A stretch of 64,000 nt of DNA, from contig CAITLU010000013.1 of assembly GCA_903893315.1 (NCBI GenBank), positions 155,026 to 219,025 of the forward strand, read 5' to 3'. The translations under genes were made by a program, and so were the position numbers. Positions within the stretch are counted from its first letter, which is position 1, and each line of letters begins with the position of its first letter. This DNA is from an uncultured bacterium (lineage in GTDB: Bacteria > Desulfobacterota > Binatia > UBA1149 > CAITLU01). Of the stretch, positions 33,605 to 41,759 are shown in pieces. Under the pieces are notes generated by a model, which saw nothing but the letters and a program-made list of their open reading frames with translations, ran no database searches and was not told the origin of the DNA.

Positions 33605-34255
33605 ATGAAAAGAGGAAGATCATTATTAATCGCCGCATCCTTGCTGGTGCCAACCATGGCGTCGGCGGGGACCATCGCCAACACGAAGCACGACTTGAGC
33701 GCGACCTCGACCGCGGTGATCAAGTCGGGGACTCAAACCGACACCTGCGTGTTCTGCCACGTATCGCACAGCAGCGCTCCGGGCGTGGCGCGGCCGTTGT
33801 GGAGCCACACGATGACCACCCAGAACCTGACCTGGGCGCCGACCACGACGGTGCGCGGGACGGTACTGCCGACCGCGATCACCAGCGCAGCGCTGACCGG
33901 CTCACGTTCATGCATGAGTTGTCACGACGGGACAGTCGCGCTCGGCGATCTGCTCAACGGAACCGGCGGCACCGTCAGCGGAACCAACGTCACGGCCGGC
34001 AAGCTGACCGGTGGCATCAACCTGCTCAACCCGGCATCGATGCAGAGCAACCATCCGATCGGTGTTGCCAAGCCGGCGGCGGCCACCGGCTTCACGGCCT
34101 TCAAGACCGTCGCGGCCAGCAGCCCCGTCAACTACGATTCGTCCGGTTTCGTACAGTGCGACTCGTGCCACAACCCGCATGACAACACCTTCGTGCCGTT
34201 CCTGAGGATCAGTCCGGCGGGCGGTGCGATCTGCACCTCCTGCCACGACATCTGA
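33605..34255 (+). CDS. Tetra-heme c-type cytochrome, small secreted (216 aa)
   Basis: A strong RBS (taggagg) sits 8 nt upstream of ATG 33605. The signal peptide is MKRGRSLLIAASLLVPTMASA. CVFCH, CMSCH, CDSCH and CTSCH are present. The N-terminal motif TKHDLS...CxxCHxSH...PLW is shared with the 39045 cytochrome. Confidence 0.85.
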   Translation: MKRGRSLLIAASLLVPTMASAGTIANTKHDLSATSTAVIKSGTQTDTCVFCHVSHSSAPGVARPLWSHTMTTQNLTWAPTTTVRGTVLPTAITSAALTGSRSCMSCHDGTVALGDLLNGTGGTVSGTNVTAGKLTGGINLLNPASMQSNHPIGVAKPAAATGFTAFKTVAASSPVNYDSSGFVQCDSCHNPHDNTFVPFLRISPAGGAICTSCHDI

Positions 34256-34352
34256 CCACGGTGCCAATGCGGCGGAGAATGCCCTCTAGTGATTGGGATT
34301 CCCCGCCGCAACGGTCTAGTAGTTGACCCCTGGAGTTCGGACCCGGGGGGGC

Positions 34353-34682
34353 ATGGTGACGAGTAGAAACTTCTGCGGAATCCTTTCGCTCGTCGTTCTG
34401 TGCGTGTCGCTCGTTGCAGCGCCGGGATCGGCAACCACGCTCGGCGACATCATCTACTCGCGCAAAGCCGGCCCGGGAGATTGGGCCCCGGCCTACTTCC
34501 CGCACTGGGTCCATCGCATCAAGTACAAGTGCTACGCGTGCCACGACACGCTGTTCCCCATGCGGCGCGGCGGTAATCCGACAATGGCGGGGATGTCGAC
34601 CGGCGCTTCGTGCGGCGCGTGTCACAACGGCAAGACTGCCTTCGGGCTGGACACCTGCCAGCGATGCCACGTTTCGCAATGA
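34353..34682 (+). CDS. Tri-heme cytochrome c7 (PpcA-like periplasmic carrier)
   Basis: A signal peptide is followed by FPHWVHRIKYKCYACH...CGACHNGKTAFGLDTCQRCH. The three CxxCH motifs have c7 spacing. The mature protein is about 80 aa. Confidence 0.85.
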   Translation: MVTSRNFCGILSLVVLCVSLVAAPGSATTLGDIIYSRKAGPGDWAPAYFPHWVHRIKYKCYACHDTLFPMRRGGNPTMAGMSTGASCGACHNGKTAFGLDTCQRCHVSQ

Positions 34683-35938
34683 GGCACCGCGCGACGATCT
34701 GCATGATCGTCGCGCTCGTCGCGGCTGCCGGAGGCTGCAGCCGCGAAACGCGCTACCGCGCGCTCGACGTTTTGTTCGAGGGCGTCCCGCCACCCGGCCA
34801 GGTCGTCAGCAACGAACCGGTCACGCATCGTCCTCGTCGTTCGCCTCCACCTCCTCCGATTCCGCCTCCCGTCGCGTTCACGCCGCTGCCGCCCAACGCA
34901 GGCCTCGCGTCGCTGCAAACCTGGGACGACGTCGTGCGACTGCTGCCCAAAGACCAGGCCGGCAATCCGGACTGGACTGCGGCGGTCGACGAAAAAATGA
35001 TCGCCCCGCGTTCCGTACTGGACCCCGACTCCGCGGAGTCGGAAGCGATCACTCTTGACGCCCTCGATGCTTCGTCGGTCGCTCCGGATGTCGAACTCGC
35101 CGCCAAGTCGGATCCGGCTTTCGATGTCTCCTTCTCACACCGGAAGCACGGGACCTGGCTGAGCTGCGGGAACTGCCACCCTGCCCCCTTCGAGAAGAAA
35201 GCCGGGCAGACGCCGATGACCCCGGCCAGCGTGCACGCACAAGAGTACTGCGCTGCCTGTCACGGCAAGGTCGCGTTCGACATCGGACCCAATTGCCTGT
35301 CGTGCCACCTTCGCACCATGCCGCGCGACGCGGCCGGACAGGTAGATTGGAATCGCGCACTGGATGAGCAGCGCATCGCGCCGCGCCCTGGACCGGGATC
35401 TAAAACCGTCGATCAGGAGGTTCTCAAACTCGATATAGAAATGACGCCGCCGGCCCAGCCCGCGTTTGCGTCGGTATTTTCACACGGCACACACACGCGG
35501 TTGATAGCTTGCGCCAGTTGCCATCCGAGTCCCTACTCGGCCAAGGTTCGCACGGCGATGACCGACACCGCCGAACTGCATTCGTCCCGCTATTGCGGTT
35601 CCTGCCACGGCACGGTGTCGTTTGGAATCACCGGATTCTGTCAGCGCTGCCACCCGGCTCTCGAAAAAGCGCGTCAGCACCAGGAAACTCTGGACCTCGA
35701 TGTGGCGGTGACGCCCAAGGCGCAGACCGGCGGCGCCACGACGTTCTCGCACAAGCAGCACCGCTGGGTGGAGTGTGCCACCTGTCACAGCAACCTCTTC
35801 ACCAACACGCCGGGGGCAACCACCATGCCGAAGGCCGATATCTACGGCGGCAAGTACTGCGCCCCCTGCCACGGCAAGGTGACCGACGATCTCACCGTCA
35901 GTTGCCGGCGCTGTCATTCGGGCGGTGACGCCCGATGA
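34679..35938 (+). CDS. Nona-heme lipoprotein cytochrome (three tandem c7-type domains behind a Pro-rich linker)
   Basis: The ATGA overlap is with the c7 gene. The lipobox-like sequence is VALVAAAGGCS, followed by a PPPPPIPPP linker. The module FSH(x)xH...CxxCH...YCxxCHG...CxxCH is repeated three times. Confidence 0.85.
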   Translation: MRHRATICMIVALVAAAGGCSRETRYRALDVLFEGVPPPGQVVSNEPVTHRPRRSPPPPPIPPPVAFTPLPPNAGLASLQTWDDVVRLLPKDQAGNPDWTAAVDEKMIAPRSVLDPDSAESEAITLDALDASSVAPDVELAAKSDPAFDVSFSHRKHGTWLSCGNCHPAPFEKKAGQTPMTPASVHAQEYCAACHGKVAFDIGPNCLSCHLRTMPRDAAGQVDWNRALDEQRIAPRPGPGSKTVDQEVLKLDIEMTPPAQPAFASVFSHGTHTRLIACASCHPSPYSAKVRTAMTDTAELHSSRYCGSCHGTVSFGITGFCQRCHPALEKARQHQETLDLDVAVTPKAQTGGATTFSHKQHRWVECATCHSNLFTNTPGATTMPKADIYGGKYCAPCHGKVTDDLTVSCRRCHSGGDAR

Positions 35939-35963
35939 CCGGCAGCACACTTGCGGCATCGTG

Positions 35964-37979
35964 ATGAAGCGCGCCGCACGGCCAGCGATCGCGTGCGGCG
36001 TTCTCGCGTGCATGGTGCTCACCATCACGCCTGCGGCCGAGGCCGGACTGAACTGGGGGCTGGGTCGCTGGGAAGGCGACACCACGCTTCTCGTGAACTG
36101 GGAAACCCAGCACGACAAACGGACTCAGGACCGTTACGACACGCTTCTCTTCGAAGAGCGCCTGCGTCTGCGCAACACCGGCGCCTTCATCTTCGATCCG
36201 CGCTTGCTGACGCTCAATCTCAGCGGATCGTTCGGAGCGCCTCAGGAAATGGCGCTGGGGCACACCGACACGTCGCTGCGGGTGGGCAACGGAACTCTGT
36301 TCGACTATGCCTTCGAGGGCCTGGTCCTGGCGGATACGGCTTACCCGACCACTCTGTTCGCCACCCGCAGCCAGACCATGCTTACGCAGGGCTTCGGCGG
36401 TCGCTCTGATCTGACCTTCCAGAGCTTCGGCGGCACCTTCGATCTGCACGAAAACAATTTCCTCGAGGCCCGCGGGTGGCGCGGATTGACCGCGACGCTG
36501 GACGCCCGCGAGGAGTCGCTCCTCGAAAATTCGTCGTATTTCGGCAGTCCGTTCAAACGCGACGAGACCCGACAGATAGTCAACGCGCAGGCGCACCGCT
36601 CCGGCGAGAACTCGGACCTCGATCTGCACTACGAACTCAACTCCGTAAGCGACCCGCTCAACCCGTCGAACGTATTCGACAGCCACACATTTCGTGCGAC
36701 TCACAGTCTCGACTTCGGTCCCACGCTCAACCGGCGCCTCGACTCGGGACTCTATTCCTTCATCCGCAGCGGCGCATCGAACGGCAGTTACGTGTCGGCG
36801 AGCGAGGCTCTGCACGTCGACCACCATCGCGACTTCTCGACCAACTATCGCTACGACTTTTCCCAGAGCGATTCGGAATCCGGCACCACCACTACCAATA
36901 CCGCCAACGCCACGCTGCTGAGGCGGTTCTATCGCAACCTCTCGACCACGCTCGGCGCGCGCGGATCACTGCAGAATTTCCCGAACGGCGACAAGTACCT
37001 TTACGGAGGCGAGGCCGGCGCCGACTACCGGCGCGCGATTCCCGGCCAGGGGCAACTGTTCGCGGACACCCACCTCGGTTACGAGGTTGACAACAACAAC
37101 TTCACCTCGTCGTTCGTCGATGAACCCGACGAAAGGCAGACGGTTCCAATCGATGTCGGCACCGGCGCCGGGTTCACCCTGACTCATCCATTCGTGGTCA
37201 TCGGATCGATCGTGGTGGTCGACCTCGGTCCCGACGGCAACTCGCGCTTCGACACCATCGTCAACCGGGACTACCTCGTCGTCGCGGAAGGCAGCCGCAC
37301 CCGGATCGTGCCGTTGCCCGACAGCCCCGTGCTTCGCGCCGGCGATCAGTTGTCGGTGAGCTACACCTACACCATCGCGCCCAGTCTCGAGTATTCAACC
37401 TTCGACACGAGCATACGCACCGGTCTGGAATTCCCGTGGCTTTCGCTATCCTACGAACACATGATGAGCGATCAGACGCGTCTGTCCGGGACTTCCGCCC
37501 CGCAATTCCTGATCGATCAGAACGCGGACCGGTTTCAACTCGAGCTGAGGAGCCGGTGGAAACGCCTGCTCGCGCAATCGGCGGTCGATTACGAAATTCT
37601 CAAATCGTCGATCGTCGACTCCAACGGATTGCGCTTCGGCCAACTTCTCGTCTACCAAATCAACGCCGGCCTGGTCGCGGAGTTGACCGCTGACGAGAAC
37701 TTCGTCGACTACCCGAAAGAAAATCGCAGTTCCGAGTCCTACCTGGCGCGGGCTTCGATCGACTGGACGGCCTTCGAAGGGCTTTCCGCTTCGCCTTTCA
37801 TCGACTACCGTAGTTTTCACGACTCGACCGTCATGAGCGACGTTGTCGTCGAGGCCGGAATGCGCCTGCACTGGACCTATCGAAGCGTGGACATCTTCCC
37901 AACTGTCACCTGGACCGACTATCGCAACAGGATGGATGGCGTTCATGCCGAACTGCGCATCACCCGACGTTTCTTCTGA
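35964..37979 (+). CDS. Outer-membrane beta-barrel protein (putative porin of a porin-cytochrome conduit)
   Basis: The signal peptide is MKRAARPAIACGVLACMVLTITPAAEA. The protein is about 670 aa with Y/T/S/G/N-rich alternating beta-strand texture. The C-terminal ...ELRITRRFF ends in an aromatic Phe, the OMP sorting signature. Confidence 0.7.
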   Translation: MKRAARPAIACGVLACMVLTITPAAEAGLNWGLGRWEGDTTLLVNWETQHDKRTQDRYDTLLFEERLRLRNTGAFIFDPRLLTLNLSGSFGAPQEMALGHTDTSLRVGNGTLFDYAFEGLVLADTAYPTTLFATRSQTMLTQGFGGRSDLTFQSFGGTFDLHENNFLEARGWRGLTATLDAREESLLENSSYFGSPFKRDETRQIVNAQAHRSGENSDLDLHYELNSVSDPLNPSNVFDSHTFRATHSLDFGPTLNRRLDSGLYSFIRSGASNGSYVSASEALHVDHHRDFSTNYRYDFSQSDSESGTTTTNTANATLLRRFYRNLSTTLGARGSLQNFPNGDKYLYGGEAGADYRRAIPGQGQLFADTHLGYEVDNNNFTSSFVDEPDERQTVPIDVGTGAGFTLTHPFVVIGSIVVVDLGPDGNSRFDTIVNRDYLVVAEGSRTRIVPLPDSPVLRAGDQLSVSYTYTIAPSLEYSTFDTSIRTGLEFPWLSLSYEHMMSDQTRLSGTSAPQFLIDQNADRFQLELRSRWKRLLAQSAVDYEILKSSIVDSNGLRFGQLLVYQINAGLVAELTADENFVDYPKENRSSESYLARASIDWTAFEGLSASPFIDYRSFHDSTVMSDVVVEAGMRLHWTYRSVDIFPTVTWTDYRNRMDGVHAELRITRRFF

Positions 37980-38001
37980 TCCGCCTTGCGGCACCCGGCC
38001 G

Positions 38002-39048
38002 GTGGCTGCGGCCGGCCGGCGCTGGGCGCGCGGACTGGCGTTGGCGGCGCCGGCCCTGCTCGCTGCGGCCGCGGCTGCCTGCTCGTCGGGTTGGCCGACC
38101 CACGGCCAGCCCGCGGAGCCCGCGCGGATGGTGTGGCCCGAAGCGCCGGACGCGCCTCGCATAGAACTGGTTTCCACGTTCAGCGCCGGCTCCGATCTCG
38201 GCATCGAACTCTCCATATGGTCGCGTATTGCCAACGTCATTTCAGGCGGCGGCGAAACGCGGATGGTACGCCCCAGCGGCGTGAGTGCCGCCGGCGGACG
38301 CATCGCGGTGGCCGATCCGGGAGCCGGACTCGTTCACCTCTACGATCCGGCCCGCCGCCGCGCTCTGGCGCTGCGCGAGTGTGGTGACACGGCGCTCGCA
38401 GAGCCGGTCAGCGCAATTCTGCTCGGCGAGCGCCTGTACGTGGCCGACGCGAGCGCGGCGCGCATTTTCGTATTCGATCTCGACGGCGCCTGCATAGCCG
38501 GCTGGCCGCTTGAAGAGGGATCGCGTCCGGCCGGGTTGGCGGCCGACCCCGCGCGGTCGAGAATCTACGTGGCGGAAGCCGCATTACATCGCGTCGTCGT
38601 CTACGATCCACAGGGCAACAGAGTTCTGGAAATCGGCCGCCGCGGCGCCGCGCCCGGCCAGTTCAATTATCCAACTTGGCTGGCAGTAGACGACGCCGGT
38701 AACATATACGTAACGGACGCGCTCAACTTCCGGGTGCAGATCTTCGATCCGGAGGGCCGGCCGACCGGCGTCTTCGGTGAGCAAGGCGACGCCTCCGGAG
38801 CGCTGTCGCGACCAAAGGGCATAGGTATCGATCGTCATGGGCACATCTATCTGGTCGATGCTCTTTTCGACGCCGTGCAGATGTTCGATCGCGAGGGCCA
38901 CTACCTGATGGTCTTCGGCGGCAGCGGCCGCGAGCCGGGGCTTTTCTGGCTTCCTTCCGGCCTCGCCGTCGATGGCGACCGCATCTACGTTTCGGACTCG
39001 TACAATCAGCGGGTGCAGGTGTTCCGCTTCCTGGCAGACGAGTCATGA
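38002..39048 (+). CDS. NHL-repeat beta-propeller protein (probable lipoprotein)
   Basis: The GTG start gives MAAAGRRWARGLALAAPALLAAAAAAC-SSG. The NHL blades are LYVADASAARIFVFD, IYVAEAALHRVVVYD, IYVTDALNFRVQIFD, IYLVDALFDAVQMFD and IYVSDSYNQRVQVF. Confidence 0.75.
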   Translation: MAAAGRRWARGLALAAPALLAAAAAACSSGWPTHGQPAEPARMVWPEAPDAPRIELVSTFSAGSDLGIELSIWSRIANVISGGGETRMVRPSGVSAAGGRIAVADPGAGLVHLYDPARRRALALRECGDTALAEPVSAILLGERLYVADASAARIFVFDLDGACIAGWPLEEGSRPAGLAADPARSRIYVAEAALHRVVVYDPQGNRVLEIGRRGAAPGQFNYPTWLAVDDAGNIYVTDALNFRVQIFDPEGRPTGVFGEQGDASGALSRPKGIGIDRHGHIYLVDALFDAVQMFDREGHYLMVFGGSGREPGLFWLPSGLAVDGDRIYVSDSYNQRVQVFRFLADES

Positions 39049-40754
39049 CGCTGCGCCTGTTCGCCTGTCTCGCCGTTCTCTTGATGCTGGCCGCGGCCGG
39101 CGCGGCCCAAGCCGGCCTGCGTGAGACCGCGCACAACCTGAGCCCGAGTGCAGTCGGAGGCCGCTCCTCAGCTTCCGCAGCCGTGGCTCCATCTATCGAC
39201 GGTACCGACAGCGACCTCTGCGCGTATTGCCACACGCCACACTCGGCAAAGACCCAGCGCGGTCTGTGGAGCCGCGCTCTGGCGCCCGCGCGCTACAAGC
39301 TCTACGAGAGCAGCACCACCGAAGCGAAACTGCAGCAACCGAACGGAAGCTCGCGTCTGTGTCTGTCCTGCCACGACGGCACCATGGCCGCCGGATCGAC
39401 GTCGCGTCAGGGTGGAGCGGCGGTCAGCAAGTTGACCGGTCGCAGCGTGCTCGGCACCGATCTTTCCGACGACCACCCCATCTCGTTCGTCTACGATCAA
39501 TCACTGGTCACCCGGCGACGGGATCTCGCCAACCCGGCGTCCCTGATCGGCGGTGTCCGCCTCGACTCGAGCGCGCAGGTCCAGTGCACCTCGTGTCACG
39601 ACGCGCACGCAGACCGTCATCCGCAATTCCTCGTCGCCGATCCCGCGTTTTCGCGACTGTGCCTGACCTGCCACCGGCCGCAGCACTGGCAGGAATCGGC
39701 ACACGCGACTTCACCGACCAGTGCTCTCGGCGCCGGATCGTTGCCCGGGCTGGGCTACGCGACCGTCGGCGAAAATGGCTGCTCGAGCTGCCATCGCTCC
39801 CACGGCGCCGAGCACCCTCAGCGCCTGCTCACATCAGCAACGGAAGAAGGGGTCTGCTTCAATTGTCACGACGGCCGCATCGCCGAGAAGGATATGCGGC
39901 GCGAATCGCGCAAGTTCAGCGCGCATCGAGTCGACGTGTACACCGATGTCCACGACCCGACCGAAAACCCCAACCACATGCCGATGCACGTCGAGTGCAT
40001 CGACTGCCACAACGCTCACGCAGCGCGCGCCGACTCCGGCGGCGGACCGATGCCCGGCCCTCTCACCGGTGTATCGGGCGTGACCGTCTCCGGCGGTTTC
40101 GTGCGCGAGGCGACTTTCGAGTACGAAGTCTGTCTGAAGTGCCACGGAATAAGCGAAGCGCGCGACCCAGTGGTGTTCCGCAACGACAGCCCGAGCAATC
40201 TGCGGATGAAGATCAACCCGCAGAACGTCTCGTTTCACCCCATCGCCGACGTCGGCCGCAACCCCACCATCGCGGGCCTGGTCTCGCCGTGGACTCCGGC
40301 CAGCCGTACGTCGTGCACCGCGTGTCACGACAACAACTCCGCCGACCGCAGCGCACCGCGCGGACCGCATGGTTCCAATTACCGACCTATCCTCGCTGCC
40401 GAGTATCACCTCGACGCGACGCCGGGCAGGGAGTCATATCAACTCTATGCCCTGTGTTATCGCTGCCATGACCGCAATACGCTGCTCGACCGCCACGAAG
40501 GCTTCCCGCACCGGTCGCACGTCGTCGACGACGGCGCGAGCTGCGCCGTCTGTCACGACGCTCACGGTTCGCCCCACAACGCGCACCTGATCAATTTCAT
40601 GCGCCGCGACCTTACCGGCAAGGAGGTCGTGCTGCCGTCCGTCAAGACCGGCCGCCTCGAATACATATCGAATGCGCCGGGGTCAGGTCAGTGCTCGCTC
40701 AGTTGCCACGGATACGATCACAACGACGCGAAGTATCCTTCACAAGGCAGGTAG
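39045..40754 (+). CDS. Dodeca-heme c-type cytochrome, secreted
   Basis: The ATGA overlap is with the upstream NHL gene. The signal peptide is MTLRLFACLAVLLMLAAAGAAQA. There are eleven CxxCH motifs plus CSLSCH. The N-terminal TAHNLS...CAYCHTPH...LW motif is present. Confidence 0.85.
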   Translation: MTLRLFACLAVLLMLAAAGAAQAGLRETAHNLSPSAVGGRSSASAAVAPSIDGTDSDLCAYCHTPHSAKTQRGLWSRALAPARYKLYESSTTEAKLQQPNGSSRLCLSCHDGTMAAGSTSRQGGAAVSKLTGRSVLGTDLSDDHPISFVYDQSLVTRRRDLANPASLIGGVRLDSSAQVQCTSCHDAHADRHPQFLVADPAFSRLCLTCHRPQHWQESAHATSPTSALGAGSLPGLGYATVGENGCSSCHRSHGAEHPQRLLTSATEEGVCFNCHDGRIAEKDMRRESRKFSAHRVDVYTDVHDPTENPNHMPMHVECIDCHNAHAARADSGGGPMPGPLTGVSGVTVSGGFVREATFEYEVCLKCHGISEARDPVVFRNDSPSNLRMKINPQNVSFHPIADVGRNPTIAGLVSPWTPASRTSCTACHDNNSADRSAPRGPHGSNYRPILAAEYHLDATPGRESYQLYALCYRCHDRNTLLDRHEGFPHRSHVVDDGASCAVCHDAHGSPHNAHLINFMRRDLTGKEVVLPSVKTGRLEYISNAPGSGQCSLSCHGYDHNDAKYPSQGR

Positions 40755-40847
40755 TCACCGCGGACATGGCCGCAGCGCGGGCGTGATCGGCGCGGTTGCG
40801 GACACAGGGACGGTTGCCCGCCTGCCGCCCGGTCCGTATAAGACGCC

Positions 40848-41558
40848 GTGCCGCTGATCGCTCCCTCTATTCTTTCCGCCGATTTCGGTCGTCTCGGTGA
40901 CGAAGTGAAGGCCGTTGCCACCGCCGGCGCCGACTGGATCCACATCGACGTGATGGACGGACATTTCGTCGACAACCTGACCATCGGTCCGGTGGTGGTC
41001 GCCGGCATCCGCGATCTGACCACGCTGCCGCTCGACGTGCACCTGATGATCGAGGATCCCGAGAAGTACGCACCGCGCTTTCTCGAAGCCCTGCAACGCA
41101 GCGATCGCGCCGGCGGCGAACGCTACGTTTCGGTGCACTGGGAAGTGGTCGGCGACATTGCCGGCGCCGAGCGCGCGTTCCGAATCATCGAAGCGCACGG
41201 CGCCAAGGCCGGTATCGTGATCAACCCCGGCACTTCGGTCGACGGCATCCTGCCGCTGGTCGAACGTGCGGCGCTGATCCTGGTGATGAGCGTGGAGCCG
41301 GGTTGGGGAGGACAGGCCTTCGACGAACGCGCCCTTCCCAAACTGCGCGCGCTCAGGGAAGCCAGGGAACGCTGCGGCGCTTCGTGCCTGCTCGAGATCG
41401 ACGGCGGCATCAGCGCCGAGACGACGACGCAGCGCCCGGTGTCCACCGCGAGCATGGCCGCCGAGGCCGGGGCCGACGTACTGGTGGCAGGCTCGGCGGT
41501 GTTTCGCAGCAAGGACTACGCGGCGACCATGTCAGCGCTGCGAGGTCGCCCGGTTTAG
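40848..41558 (+). CDS. rpe: Ribulose-phosphate 3-epimerase
   Basis: IAPSILSADF, HIDVMDGHFV and MSVEPGWGGQAF motifs are present. Confidence 0.9.
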   Translation: MPLIAPSILSADFGRLGDEVKAVATAGADWIHIDVMDGHFVDNLTIGPVVVAGIRDLTTLPLDVHLMIEDPEKYAPRFLEALQRSDRAGGERYVSVHWEVVGDIAGAERAFRIIEAHGAKAGIVINPGTSVDGILPLVERAALILVMSVEPGWGGQAFDERALPKLRALREARERCGASCLLEIDGGISAETTTQRPVSTASMAAEAGADVLVAGSAVFRSKDYAATMSALRGRPV

Positions 41559-41656
41559 CACTCCGCCGAGCCCCCGGCCTGTTTGATTCACGGCTTGTGG
41601 GCTTCGCTTTCCGCCCCCGCCGTGTTATTCGGTCCGGTCTTTCAGGGATCCCGAAT

Positions 41657-41733
41657 CGGGGTGTAGCTCAGCCTGGTAGAGCACTGCGTTCGGGACGCAG
41701 GAGCCGGAGGTTCAAATCCTCTCACCCCGACCA
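41657..41733 (+). tRNA. tRNA-Pro (anticodon CGG)
   Basis: A cloverleaf was folded by hand. The acceptor stem CGGGGTG/CACCCCG is present, with D-stem GCTC/GAGC and anticodon stem CTGCG/CGCAG. The loop TTCGGGA has CGG at positions 34-36. The T-arm is GGAGG-TTCAAAT-CCTCT, with discriminator A and an encoded CCA. Confidence 0.9.
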
Positions 41734-41759
41734 CTTCCTTTCCCTGCCCGCGTTACCGC

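Noticed and set aside
41657-41733. The tRNA-Pro gene could be an integration site delimiting the cytochrome cluster as a genomic island.
   Set aside because: The cluster lies 5' of rpe and the tRNA, not abutting the tRNA 3' end. No integrase or direct repeat of the tRNA 3' end was seen within the window, so there is no support from the sequence alone.
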